Shown piece by piece: positions 41,405 to 60,831 of a stretch of DNA of 64,000 nucleotides; the stretch's first letter is position 1; each line of letters opens with the position of its first letter. Source of the stretch: Eledone cirrhosa (Eukaryota); NCBI GenBank assembly GCA_964016885.1, contig OZ024743.1:308946001-309010000 (forward strand), given 5' to 3'. The notes below the pieces were generated by a model. That model made no database searches. It saw nothing but the letters and a program-made list of their open reading frames with translations, and was not told where the DNA came from. The translations under genes and the position numbers were made by a program.

Positions 41405-41450
41405 ATGAGAGAGAACGAGAGAAATGGGCTCCTACGATTCCATCAGGAGT

Positions 41451-41502
<52 letters not shown>

Positions 41503-41534
41503 ACACACATACATACACACGTACATATGTATAG

Positions 41535-41593
<59 letters not shown>

Positions 41594-41597
41594 GATG

Positions 41598-41643
<46 letters not shown>

Positions 41644-42418
41644 CTTAGATACATACATACATATGTATAGGTGTGTGCATACATATTCACTATATATATA
41701 TATATCCACACGCACACCCACGCATATTATATATGATATATGCTAGTATATGTACTTGTGTGCGATTGAATGTGATGTCGGTATTTGTGTTTCAATGACA
41801 CTCGCATGAATACGCACGTTATTCAGAGAAAGAGATAAAAAAACAAACAATAATCACCTGAAACTGATTATTCAACTAAACAGACACACCGTAGCTCTTC
41901 CTCATATTTATTATTTACAATATGTCACCTATATTTAAAATTCTTTATTTTAATTATTTAAAAAATTCTAACTAAAGTTACTATTCCAGATAACCTTTTT
42001 AACACGTGATATTCTTGATAAAATATGTAAACACATATGAGTTTTTATGTGTGTGTGTACCTGTGTGTGTGTGTGTGTGTTGGGCCTCCATCGATTTCTA
42101 CAGTGAGTATTCCAGTTGTATCATCGACTGAACAAATTGAAATTAACGTGCAAAAGTAGTTGTTTATGCCACAGACACGTGTACACTTAAACGTAATTCT
42201 CACGGAGATTCGACATGGCACAATGTGTGCAAAAACGCTGGCCCTTTGAATTAAATGTATAACGGAAAATAATAGTCGTGATATTCAGGGGCAGTGGCCG
42301 AGCATTCTATAGACACATGCACGTCTAAAAACATAGTTCTCTTAGAGACGAAGTGCGACACAATGTGTAATGAAAGCTGGCAAGTTGAATTGACTATAAC
42401 AACATGAAATATAATAAT

Positions 42419-42840
42419 TGTTTCTACTTTTTGGCACAAGGCCAGCAATTATCCAGTACATTACTGGTACTTTATTTTATCGACCCCGTAAGGATGAAAG
42501 GCAAAGTTGACCACAGGGATTTGAACTGAGAATGGAAAGGGCCGTAACTCTATGCGTCAAAGCATGGCGTCTGACCCTCTACCGATACAGCCAATCCATG
42601 AAATATAATAATAATGATTTCTTCTATAGGCACAAGGCCAGCAATTTTGGAGACGGAAAAGTCGATTAAATCGACCTCAGTGCGTTACTGGTACTTTATT
42701 TTATCGACTCCGTCGATAAAATAATGATGAAAGGCAAAGCTAAACTCAGCGGGATTTGAACTCAGAACGTAAAGGTCCATAACTCTATGCCGCAAAGCAC
42801 AGTGTTCGACGCTCTACTGATTCTGCCAATCCACCACCCT
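42419..42840 (-). mobile_element. Two tandem tRNA-derived SINEs
   Basis: CATGAAATATAATAAT at 42403 and 42597, and a variant at ~42840. Confidence 0.87.
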
Positions 42841-43177
42841 GAAATATAGTAATAATGAAATGTTGTAACATTGTATATAATATATATTGTGGAAAGTGAT
42901 ATATGTAACAAGGCTAAACACTTCAAAATAGACAGTAAGATGAAGGTAACGATAAAGTTAGTTACCTGGTAACCTTCATTTTTTTTGTTGTTTCTTATTT
43001 TGCTTAGACGTACTACCAAGAATCGAACTCATGACTTTAGGACCGTGAGCTGAAGAGCCTAATTATTAAACCACACACTTTCACTATTTGAAATTTAGAT
43101 TAAGCGACAAAATGCCGCAAGGAATTTGAATAAAAGAACAAAACCCAAACAAAACACTACAAAAATCACACAACCCC

Positions 43178-43260
<83 letters not shown>

Positions 43261-43539
43261 ATACAGAAGAAAAAGATGTTGCGATTGTTTGAATAATAAA
43301 ACTAATGGTGGCGTGATTTTTTAAAAAAGACAACTACGAAAGATAATCTTAAATAAATATGAAGAAAATCTTAAAGTTGATGCTTCAGGAATTCATAAAT
43401 CAATTATTAAAATTCTTTAACGTTGTTTTTTGTTTTTTTTCAGGTTCTACCAGAATCTATGAAAGGTTACATGCCGTGTGATCATTATCTTCATTCTGCT
43501 TTGTTGTTTTTGTTATCACACTTTTTACAAGAAAAATTC

Positions 43540-43632
43540 CATACTGTATCGTCCTGTACCGCCATGTACTGTCATGTACTGCCATGTACCACAATGTACC
43601 GTCATGTGCCGTCCTGTACCATTGTGTGCCAT
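43540..43632. repeat. 10-bp degenerate tandem repeat (TGTACCGCCA-like)
   Basis: Seen directly; followed by (TAC)n. Confidence 0.75.
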
Positions 43633-43655
43633 TCTTGTGCCATCTTTAATGTTTT

Positions 43656-43716
<61 letters not shown>

Positions 43717-44143
43717 CACCACACTACTACTACTACTACTACTAGAAAAATGAGAGAAACCCCGAAAATATTCTCTAAATATAAAATAAAAAAACACTAC
43801 AATACTTCATATTTTGAACATTTCTTTCCAGTTCCATGTGCAAGAAAAATACAGCATAAAACCTGAATGCATGGAATTTAATTTAAAACCGCTTTGTGTC
43901 TATTCTGTGAAAATCTGAAAATGTGTTGAAACCTACTGTAGAATCGGAAGTTTTACTTTATTCATAAACGAACTCAATTAATTACAGGAAAAGCAGTCGA
44001 GGGAAAAAATGAAAGGATTGAGGAAAGCAAAAATGGTTAGGTTTCGAAAAATTTTGTTTCAAGTTAAACATAAAGTTTCGTATTGAGTCAAAGTTTTGAA
44101 AATTGATGTGAAAATTGAAATCATAATAATTAAAAGTATTGAA

Positions 44144-44452
44144 GCCGCGCGGCTTAGGGGTTAGGCTGTTCGACTCAGGGTCGTAAGGTCATAAGTTCGA
44201 TTTCTGGCGGCGCGGCGCGTCTTTGAACAAGAGACTTCGGTATATTTTACGTTGCTCTAGTCCACTCAGTTGGCGAAACTGAGTTCTACCTGTAATTCGA
44301 AAAATCAATCTTGCCACAAACTATGTCACGGTGAATCTCCCCGAGAGTTACGTTAGGAGTGTGCACCCTCTTTCATGTTAATTTCACGGGTAGGCTGTTT
44401 CATTCGACAAACAACAGCAGGAAAACTCGTCGTCGGAAACGACGGAAGTCCG
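44144..44452 (+). mobile_element. Full-length tRNA-derived SINE
   Basis: A box GGCTTAGGGGTTAG and B box AGTTCGATTTC; related fragments at 21640, 42100, 58900 and 59715. Confidence 0.7.
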
Positions 44453-44648
44453 ACACAGATAACGGTATATTAGCCACTAGCAGAAGTTGCTCGGAGTTTA
44501 ATTGCTTTAAAGTACTCTTAATGATTCAACTCAATTATGATTATTGAGGGATTGAAAGTAAATACGGATAAGTTTGAAGATATACAACAATAGCATCTAC
44601 TCACCATATGTCAGACCGGCAAGACTGTTGTGGTGCTGAATAGAGGAG

Positions 44649-44985
44649 TCACAACACCTCTTTGTAGACCACATTTTTTGTTCTGCCTTTGGGCGCAAGT
44701 ATGAATAAGTTCTGCTTGCATCCCACTCTTGAGCATTCGACGTATAATTGGCCGTGTGAGAAGCACGGCTGGGCTAAATGCAGGCCTGACGTTGATAGCG
44801 TTTGGCCTTGGGACTTGTTGATTGACATCGCGAAGCAAAGTTTAACGGGGAATTGAAGTCGGTGAAGAGTACAAGAGCATTCCGTACCTGATGGAGTTAA
44901 TGGTATTCTGGGTATGAAGACGTTTTCTCCAGCGCCGCAGCCCGTGAGAATTGTGGATTCAATTACATGCGGCAGGAGGTTGACC
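44649..44985 (-). pseudogene. Helitron RepHel PIF1 helicase C-terminus (not in the ORF track)
   Basis: Hand translation: NLLPHVIESTILTGCGAGENVFIPRIPLTPS...QFPVKLCFAMSINKSQGQTL...PCFSHGQLYVECSRVG...TKNVVYKEVL*. Confidence 0.9.
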
Positions 44986-45239
44986 GGGTAATTGCATTTC
45001 GAGTTGCATTTTGTGACAACCGAGTCAATTTATCGATTGACGACTCTGTAGCTCTTCGTTTGGCAGCAGAAGCAGCTTTAGTTTGGCGACTAAGCCGTGG
45101 CCATTTTTTTGAGGGGGGGGGGGGGGGGGGGCGCATGACCGTAGTTTCAAATTATGTGTGGTAGCGAAAATGTTCAATTGAACAGTGAATAAGAGTAAAG
45201 TGAGTACTATGTTGTAGCACGACCGAACACGTAAATATT

Positions 45240-47363
45240 TGTAGCGGTTGTCTCCCTTGTTTTCATTAGGATCTAGACGGGAAGTGGAACGCTTTCTGCA
45301 ACTTCCGGTCAGAGCCCTATAAAACTAACAACTTTAAGCTTCCTTTCTCTCTTTGCCTTTTCGGCACCAGGTCGAAGAGCCTCTCATTTGGCTCTGCCAT
45401 TAATTTGGCCAACAGGCGCCTGGCCTTAGCCAGGCGCCCTCTGCCAGCCGCGTTTGCCTGGCAATCAAAACGGTAACTACTAACTTTGTTTCATTCTAAC
45501 ATCTATCTTTGACATGTCAAGTATTCTATCTACCGTTAATTAAATATTATATACACAAACCATGTCTCGTTTTGTTACATTCATACTACTCAGTATCCTC
45601 GCTATATTGGTAACCTTAACGTGATACGAACACGCAGCCGTTCATCGCTATAAGTGGTCACCCCCAAAAAAGAAAAAAATAGCACATCTGGTTTCGTGTG
45701 AGTAACATTACGAATACACAGCAAATTTAGCGACAAACTATGAAAATACTCAAGGACACGCACACACGCACATGTGGAATTCGCACAGACATACTTTTTC
45801 TCTCACGCATCAATTAACTGTCGCATTTCACCAATATATATATATATGTTTCTCGTTTCTTACAACGAACACTTTCAAAACAAAAAAAAACATTTCACGA
45901 TATATATATATATATATATATGTTTCTCGTTTCTTACAACGAACTCTTTCAAAACACACACACAAAAAAAAAAAAAAATTTGATATTCTTTAAATAACAT
46001 TTCAACAGGAACATTTATTTTCGATGAACCATTGCCTTTTTGTTCATCGTTTTCTTCATCGTTCAAGTTTTTTTTTTTTTTTTTTTTTTCCCAAAGTTCA
46101 CACCAATAATTATGCTGATTGAAGCCTTTCTTTTTCACTTTCAAAATTGCACTATCATTTTCTCGCGCGTTAGAAATATTATTTTTTTCAACCTTGTATT
46201 GGCACGTGTAGGCAGCACAAATTCTCGATTCACAGAGATGTCTCTACTCACAGACAGCCGCACGCCAGAGATAACATTTCTCACCAGGGATTCTTCAGCC
46301 TTAAGCTATATTCTTCTATTTGCCGGTTTATAAATTTACAATGTAAATTTACCGTTGATAACCGCGCATTTATTAGGAATGCTTATTTCTCTGGTCGCTG
46401 GCCTCTTGACCCTTCCAGGTCAACGCATTCTCAACATCGACCATCAACTTCGGCTGCTATTTCTAGCACTTTGCGCAACTCATTTTTTCTAAAAAAAATT
46501 TTTTTTGCTGTGAATTTAAACACCGAATACGCTCACTCAGCGAGACAACAGCAGCAGCAACAGCAATATAACAGCAACAGCAATACATCAATACAGCTTC
46601 ACCAAAGCCAGAGAATTCATTTTTGCAGCACTCTTCCTGTGAGAAAATCCATTCGGAGGTTGGAAATTTCACGATATACCACAGAACAGAAACCACCTGC
46701 ATTCATTCTCTGGAACACACTTTCTTTCCTGCTGTCATGTGATTGCACACCTGTGAACTATATTTTGAACTTTGAGCTCTTCTATTACTTTTACTTTATT
46801 ACATTGTATCTTTGGGTGATGGATAGATGGATGTCCAGTCGTTCTCTGGCCAAGAGCGGTTGGCTACCTTGATATCTATCATTGATTTTTCCAAACATTC
46901 TTTTGTCGTAATTTTCATGCCTGTTACAACATTCTCGCCAACTTGCTACATATTTTCATTTCGATTTTTATACACTAAAATTCTGGCGGGAGGTTATGTA
47001 GCGGTTGTCTCCCTTGTTTTGATTAGGATCTAGACGGGAAGTGGAACCCTTTCTGCAACTTCCGGTCAGAGCCCTATAAAACTAACAACTTTAAGCTTCC
47101 TTTCTCTCTTTGCCTTTTCGGCACCAGGTCGAAGAGCCTCTCATTTGGCTCTGCCATTAATTTGGCCAACAGGCGCCTGGCCTTAGCCAGGCGCCCTCTG
47201 CCAGCCGCGTTTGCCTGGCAATCAAAACGGTAACTACTAACTTTGTTTCATTCTAACATCTATCTTTGACATGTCAAGTATTCTATCTACCGTTAATTAA
47301 ATATTATATACACAAACCATGTCTCGTTTTGTTACATTCATACTACTCAGTATCCTCGCTATA
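45240..47363 (+). mobile_element. Non-autonomous Gypsy-type LTR retrotransposon
   Basis: 367-bp LTRs at 45240-45606 and 46997-47363 (TGTAGCG...CGCTATA, two differences seen); PBS at 45608; PPT GGCGGGAGG; TSD TATT/CATT. Confidence 0.9.
45608..45625 (+). promoter_or_regulatory. Primer-binding site, tRNA-Trp-like
   Basis: TGGTAACCTTAACGTGAT vs TGGTGACCCCGACGTGAT (14/18 match), one base after the 5' LTR. Confidence 0.7.
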
Positions 47364-48690
47364 CATTTATGCAGGTAATGGAGCAAGAAAGAGGGGGGGG
47401 GGAGGTAGCAAAACATTTCAATTGTACAGTGAATAAGTGGAAAGTGAGTACTAAGTAAGTTGTATGAAGAATACACGTCAAATAATAGGTCAAACCTGTA
47501 ACCCAAGCCCGTCTGAGTTATAGCACAAAAGAGCGTAAACAGGAGCGATATTTTGGATCACACTGGAAATATAATCAGCAAAATCGGACGTTCCTGAAAA
47601 AAGTTTTCTTATTAAAATTTTGTCTCATATTGCTAAAAATAAAGAAAAAAAATTACAAAAAGGACAACAATAAAATATAATGTCTTTGTTGAGATTCAAG
47701 TAAATAAATACTTAAGCGTCGTTATGACTACGTTTGTTGTATAAATTCATCTGTTGCTTTTGAATATTTGTTATTTGATGTAAAATGTAATGGTGAGAGA
47801 GGAGCATGTATTTAGTTTTATCGGCTTTTTAAGTTTTGCTATTTGATGTATGAGCGTCGTTATGACTATGTTTGTTGTTGTATAAATTGATGTGTTGCTT
47901 AGTTTTCAAAGTTTATTTCGCGTTCCTGAACGAAGTTTTGTCACTGTTGTAAACTGTAATGGTGATAGGGTAGTAGAGGGAGGCATTAACCTTTTAAAGA
48001 GAGTTGCAGAGGAGATTGAGAGGGGAGTAGAGGGAGGGATGAACCTTTTAAAGAGAGTTGCAACATGTATGTACTTTCATCGATTTTTGAAGGTAGTAGA
48101 AAGAGGGATTAAGCGTGTAAGAGAGAGGGTTACCGCATGTATTTAGGTCTATCGATTTTTTCATAGAAGCAAGAAAACTTTGGCAAAGTTTATTACGTAT
48201 TGACCATCGTTGGTAAATTTGGAGCTCATTGGAAAAAAAATCATCAAAATCGGTAGAGAAATGTGGAAATGCATAAAAATCATACACACACACAGACGAA
48301 CATCTTCCGTTTTATATATATAGAGATAATGAAACTTAATGAAACGAAAAATAAAAAGCTGCTAATTATAGAATGGAATGAAAAATATCTTATAGAAATT
48401 CAATAATAATTTAATTATCAACCAATATTTTTTCATTAACTGTATCACTGAAATTATGTTAATGCGGCAACAACTTTAAGTGAGAAGCCTGAAGGGATTT
48501 ATCGAATCTTCTGAACATTTTCGGCGATCAATCAGTATTCATTCGTAAGCAGATCGATTTTGATGTCCATATGGATTATTTAAATTAGGCATTATAAAAG
48601 TATAATGATGTTAATTACTTTTGTGATCACAACTGTTTGATATTTTATACGATTTGCCGTTTCAGTCACTGCTTGTACACACACACACAC

Positions 48691-49842
<1,152 letters not shown>

Positions 49843-49843
49843 C

Positions 49844-54790
<4,947 letters not shown>

Positions 54791-54794
54791 AATG

Positions 54795-55105
54795 TAAAAT
54801 AATTAAGTCAAATATGTAAAATTTGGCTTGGTTTATTATAAATTATAGATATACTGCTATATATATTTCGGTGACAGCCATCATTGGCTGTGGCCTCTTC
54901 AGGCAGTCCGAATTGATGTGGGAAAGACAGGTACACATATTGTTGAAGTGTGTTTTACTCCGTCAATACATCGATATATCCAGCTCCTGGTTGGTTGTTA
55001 TTTCTCTAAGGAACTGGAATCGATGGATATCACCGAAATATATATATAGCAGTATATCTATAATTTATAATAAACGAAGCCAAATTTTACATATTTGACT
55101 TAATT

Positions 55106-55109
<4 letters not shown>
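54795..55109. mobile_element. Fold-back PLE remnant
   Basis: Arms ~54799-54885 and ~55022-55108; the right arm starts within HHR stem II and ends at (TA)n. Confidence 0.78.
54853..54907 (-). ncRNA. Type I hammerhead ribozyme
   Basis: ACTGC-CTGAAGA-GG CCACAGCCA ATGA TGGCTGTCA CC-GAAA-TATATA-TA-GCAGT. Confidence 0.83.
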
Positions 55110-55158
<49 letters not shown>

Positions 55159-55161
<3 letters not shown>

Positions 55162-57100
55162 TAGTAACACAACAGTTAGTTCACCATACCGAGAACAATT
55201 GTTTCACCTTATGCGGATTTTCAGCTCGGACTGATAATGGTTATACGGTACAGGAAGAACAACCGTATGAACGCGCATGCGCAGAAACGGTCACTTCACC
55301 CAAGCGATACAAAACCACGGGTGAAAGGTGTAAGGGAGATAGCTGCGAATGTCCGGAAGAAAATGTTCGAGCTAATTAGAAATTTAGAATGTTGTTATTC
55401 AATTCGGAGCTTTGTAGTTAAGCAAGAGGTCTTTCCAGACATGTGGACAACGTGACAAGATTTCTTGAATTTAGGCAATCACTATTGCGTAATCTCCTTA
55501 GAATATTTATCCTTTCTTCAATACACAGTCCATAAGACGGATTGCCCCTTGCGTATGGCTTGGACTTAGTGATAGCTTTCCTTTGAATGGAGTACTCTAT
55601 ACCTGAGTCTTTGAGGGACCATACATGGCTCGCGAGCTTCGTGGATAATCGTTTGTCCGGGTACCTAAAGGTCGACTGATGGTTCAGGAAACGTTCCTTA
55701 AATCGGTCCTCCGCCATACCCACATAGGATTTGACCTCCTGAGGTTGATTTGGTCGGTTGGAAATGACCACAGCTTCATAAACTACATGTGTTGCAGTTG
55801 AAGGGGACAAGTTTCAGGCTTTCGGCAAGAGCATCCTGGTGGGGTGCCGCTCTTAGGACTGTTGGTGATGTGGGCCTTCATATTCTTAGCGCAAGAGTAC
55901 CCTAGTTTTGCTCTGTGTCTGTTAAAGATGGAGTGGTATTTGTGACCTATGGGAAAGTGTCTATCTAAGAGGGCTAAACAATGTTTTCCTACATTAGTTT
56001 TAACGTTGAGTGAGAAGGGAGGAGAGAACCAGATAGTTTGTCTATTGTTACGATTTCTTTTCTTATTGCTGTTGTTAGTGGGGGAGTAAGTAATTGGTTG
56101 CGAGAAGCCGCTGTTGGCTAACGCCGTGTTATAGTAGGGGGCCGCTCTGTCAAAGATTGCTTTATTAGAGGAGAGGTTAGAGATTCTAGTACTGATATTA
56201 TTTACGAAGTTTCTAAAAACAGTAGGATGGTGACATGAGTCCTTGTGTATGTAATTAAGTTTTTCGTTTAGTTTATGGAAAGGTCTGATGGTATGTGTGC
56301 GAAGGTTTAAATTAATGTCTAAGAAATCTACGCTAGAGAGGTTGGTAGCTACCGTTATCCTAAGTCCTAACTCATTAAACGTAGTTAAGGTCAGACCATC
56401 GTCGCGGTATATTACCGTGTGGAAGTCCGGGAATCTAACACGTAATGTATCTAAAATAAATAAGCCAACTAAATCGCATACGTCAGCACTGTCGAACGAT
56501 CCCATGGAGACGTCGAATAGCTCTGAAATGGTTGACTTCTTTGGCCAGGCTACTCCGTTGTTGAAGAGGAGGATTTTCCGGCAGTGTGCAATGATCTCCC
56601 TGTCTAAAGCATGGACAGTAGTGTAAGTGGTAGCAAAGTCCAACGCTTTGTTTAACAGGGTCTCTGCAATCGACGGGTAAAAATGTCGAATTGCGTGAAC
56701 TTCGCTTTTTTGGAGTTGAAGGAGTTAAACCACTTAATGACTGAGTCGAGTCGCTGTTCTCCCATTGGGACAGGTTGGACTTGGTCCTAATGGTCTTAAG
56801 TATAGCCTTACTGACTAGTCCCATTTCCGTGCATGCCGGGTTTAGTAGTCTACACGTAGGATTAGAAGCAAAGTCTACCTTGAGATCCTTCAGGGTGAGA
56901 AACGCCTCACGTTTAACTAAGCATTGTAGTATCTTATCTACCTTAAGGGCGGCAGCAAGGTCTTTGGTTTCTGTATTGATGTCGTGGTAGGCCGTAGGGT
57001 TAGCCTTCTTATATTTAGAGGTTATGGCGTTACGTGCCAAGTGACTGTAAGTAGTGTTGTCGACTTCGTAAGTATTATTGGTTTTATCAGAAAGAACGAA
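55159..57100 (-). mobile_element. Second, divergent Naiad-type PLE, frameshifted and 5'-truncated, 3' end in (TA)n
   Basis: LKDLKVDF..CRLLNP, MGSFDS, YRDDGL, CSCRKPETCPL, YVGMAEDRFKERF; decayed HHR CCGAG-CTGAAAA..GAAA-CAATTG-TT-CTCGG at 55189-55229. Confidence 0.88.
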
Positions 57101-58478
57101 AGTGTTATTGGTGTTTTGGTTCCGTCTTCAGAGGCTGGATCACTGCCATGCAGAGTAACATCTAATCAGCAATCAAGGGGAATGGCTACCTATCGGTGCC
57201 ATTCCAAAACATGTTTTTCATCCGTCAAGGATGCCCTCTCTCCTCTATTCTGTATTTGCTAACTCTCGATCTACAACTGCAGAAGCTGGAGCTATTGCAG
57301 GGGCATCCTGATGGAACCAGGACTGCGAAAAGCAGCGTCAGCCTATGCCGACGACGTGACCGTAATGGTGTCGAAAACGTTGGAAATCGGGGTAATCGGC
57401 AACTTATTACAGGAATACGATACGTTGACAGGAGCAAAACTAAACCCGAACAAGTCTGTCGGTTTGCAACTCGGCACATGAGGAGGCAAACCCATGTCGT
57501 CCGACAGCGTCGTTGGACGCTAGACGGCAGGACCAGTGAAATTGCTCGGGGTCTGGTTTGGTCCAGACCTCCAGAAAACTGGAATGAGGTCACAGCGAAG
57601 GTATTTACACTAAGTGCAAACTCTCGTGAAAAGGTCGAGCGGAGGTGGCGAATACTTACATTGCGTCCGTCATCTACTACAGCTTGACAGTCGTGCCTTG
57701 TCCCCGTGATCACCTCACCAAAACGGAACGTCTACTCTTCAAGTTCCTTTTGAAGAAACAGGCTCCATTAGGAGGAGATCCATCTGCTGCCAACACCCTT
57801 CTGATGGAGAGATGGGCATGCCATGGCTGATGATGCACAAACTCGCGCTGAGGCTACGCCATCTCCAGGTATTCCTGACCGGTGAACCGGTGTGGTTGTC
57901 CTTTGTGAGACAAGCTTTTCCACAACTCGTCTCGCTAACGGAGTCCTGGGTCCAGCGAAGCCCGAAAATGGGCACCTGGCACCTCTATCCAGCGGAAACG
58001 GCTATCAGCGGAGATTCCACGTCAACATTCTATAGAAGATTAGTGGAGGATAAGTGTTACGACTTTTTCAGGGAACCCCTGGGCATCGAAGAGGACAAAC
58101 TGATCAGTCTGTTCGGGAAGTCTTTCTGTCCAGGGCCTATGGATAACTTCCAGATGTTTCTGGTCTGTTAGTGCTACCGAGGAGCTCTACCAGTTCGAGA
58201 CAAAATCTATGTGGCGAAAATGGCCCGAGTGTATATAAACCTGTAGGTTGAGGAAGACAAAAGGGGGAAGACGAGAACACCTACAAAAACGTGCTCCTGG
58301 TGTAAAACAACCCCGCGGTAACGTTCCCCCCTATTGGGGATTTCGATAGTTATTCCATCTTAATATATAGTTTATTTTAATGTATTAATATTAAAGTTTA
58401 CACAATCTTTATGTAAAACCCCCGCCGTCACGTCTTGTAATGTACCATTTCTTGTACGCCTTTGTGGAAAATAAAGAT
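57100..58478 (+). mobile_element. Tx1/L1-clade LINE fragment, decayed
   Basis: IRQGCPLS, AYADD, ANTYIASVIYY and GMPWL motifs; homologous to 62200-64000; AATAAAG 3' end followed by (TCTA)n. Confidence 0.82.
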
Positions 58479-58507
58479 AGATATCTATTTGTCTGTGTGT
58501 CTGTCTG

Positions 58508-58573
<66 letters not shown>

Positions 58574-60831
58574 CATCTATCTTTCTATCTATCTATCTAC
58601 CTGTCTGCCTATCTATCTATGTATTAATCTATCAAGCAATCAATCTTATCCCAACAAACATTCATTCAACTCTCTATCAAGTCATCCATCTATTAATCCA
58701 AATAACCGACTTAATTATAAGTCAAATACTCCAGTGATAGAAACCTCAATCAGCCACAGAGAAAACACTTCAATATAGAGTTTCTATTACAGGATTCACA
58801 AATAAAGTCTTATAGGATTTATATAAGATATTATAGCTTGATGTAGTTGCAAAAACTGTGTTTGTTGGACTTCTGTTTCGAATACTTGTGTTTTACTTGT
58901 CTGATCAACGGAATAGCTTGCTCATGAAATAAACTTGCAAGTGCCCGAGCATTCCACAGACACGTGCATGGGGACATTCAGCGTGACACAGTGCGTGAAA
59001 AAGTTGGCTCTTTGAATTGCAGGTGTAACTCATTTCTCCAAATTTCGATTATTTTATCAATATCTCTTAAATATATCGCTTTGAATTAATTCTCTGTTTA
59101 TGAATGTATTCTAGTATTGGGTTTCAATATAGTATATAATTATTTCTAGGTTCATTCAAGGGTATGCATTTATTCTGCCACTGAAACTATTTGTAAAGAT
59201 ATAGGTTTGTATTAGTCGTGAAACTATCATTCTTATTCATAACAATATGTTATTCACATAAAATATGTTTTACATTATCGTTATTTACAAAATATAAGAA
59301 AGTCAATCCGTATTAATGTTTGTTTACCTGAAAGTAATTTTCTCAATATATATGAATATTTACAAAGATTGAATTCTGTTGGTACATCATGCGAGAATAT
59401 ATGTATATCATGGCATCGAGCTATGTTGTATAACTATAAACACTATTTTCATAAATCTGCAGCAAATAAGGTGCCAGTTATATCGATATTCTGTTGTGTT
59501 AGATCCGAGCATGCAATGATGAATTCCTGTTGCAACATTCATTGTAGGTTTAGAATGTTGTAAAATAGAAAATAAAACAATTTCTTTTTATGAAGGTCTT
59601 GTAAAATATCAGGAACAACTACTGGGATTTCGGATTTCTTTGCGTGACAAGATTGTTCTTGATTTAAAAAATATTATTATTTCAATAGCGTTGTATATAG
59701 ATTTTATGAACGCAGGTATGGCTGCATGGTTAAGTTCGTTCCGCAACCATGAGGTCCCTGATTCGACCCCTCTGCTTGGCATCTTGAGGCAAATGAATTT
59801 ACCATAACCCTAGGTCAGTCCAATCTTTCCGAAGGAAATTAAGTAGATGGAAACTGTGGAAGCCCATCAGATGCATTAAACCTGTAATTAAAAGGTCCAG
59901 CTTTGTTACGTATTATGTCACGCTGGTCTTCCATAAAACACCTTGCCCAGCCCCAGGCTTGTTTTTTGGGGAGCAAATTTCTACGTATAAGCCTATGATT
60001 AATAATTACCAAAGGTGGCTTTTATATACTATGTAGTATTTGGTACTGATCAGACTCTTTAAGTGCATCTACACATTAAATGTTTAAGTATAGGAAATGT
60101 TTTATTTCTCTAGTAACATTTTACCTGAGGTATCAGATGTTTCTAGAAAGAGTGAATCAAATTAATGAGGAATAACATGCAATAACATGGCAGAAATTCT
60201 TTAGTGTCATTAGGCCATATAGAATTGCAAAGAAAGAAATAATTATATCTAGAGAATTTCAAGACAAAATCAGCAATATGTCCAAAAAAAAAAAAAAAAT
60301 GGTAATATTTTTTAATATTCTAAAAAATACGGCATCTTTGTAATCTCATAGTAGTTGCATAAGTGAAAATCAGACTTTGATATGTATATTAAAAATATTA
60401 ATAGATATGAAAATATATCCATAGATCTATTAGTATGAGTTATACAAGAAAGAAGGGGATACAAATAAATGTAAATTTTTAAGCATCTGAGACTTACATT
60501 ACACAATGAACACAACAATGGAACATGAGATTTGAAAAAAATAACATGCGACAGATAAAAATGACAAATATTAGTTTTCATATGAAAACGTAAAATGTAT
60601 AAAATATAAAATGTATATAACGTGGGCGCCCATGGCTGTGTGATGAAAATAGTTTACTTCACGATTTCAAGTGACTTGATTTAATTAATTCTACTACTAT
60701 TGCTTCGAGTTGACCAATAAGCAGTGTGTGGAATTTGGTAGATGGAAACCACAGAAGCTCGTCGTACACAAACACACACACGCACAGAAACAGATACAGA
60801 CACACGGACACACACGCTCACACACAAATCT

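Larger units (their letters stand above)
44477..48326 (-). mobile_element. Internally deleted Helitron with a nested LTR element
   Basis: Reverse strand: A|TCTCTATATATATAAAAC..GTCTGTGTGTG at 48326 and CCGAGCAAC..CTGCTAG|T at 44477; PIF1 remnant inside. Confidence 0.72.

Noticed and set aside
54853-54907. HHR as the 5' pseudo-LTR of the Neptune element
   Set aside because: It does not match the decayed HHR at that element's 3' end (49992-50029), so it is treated as a separate insertion, although the orientation is compatible.
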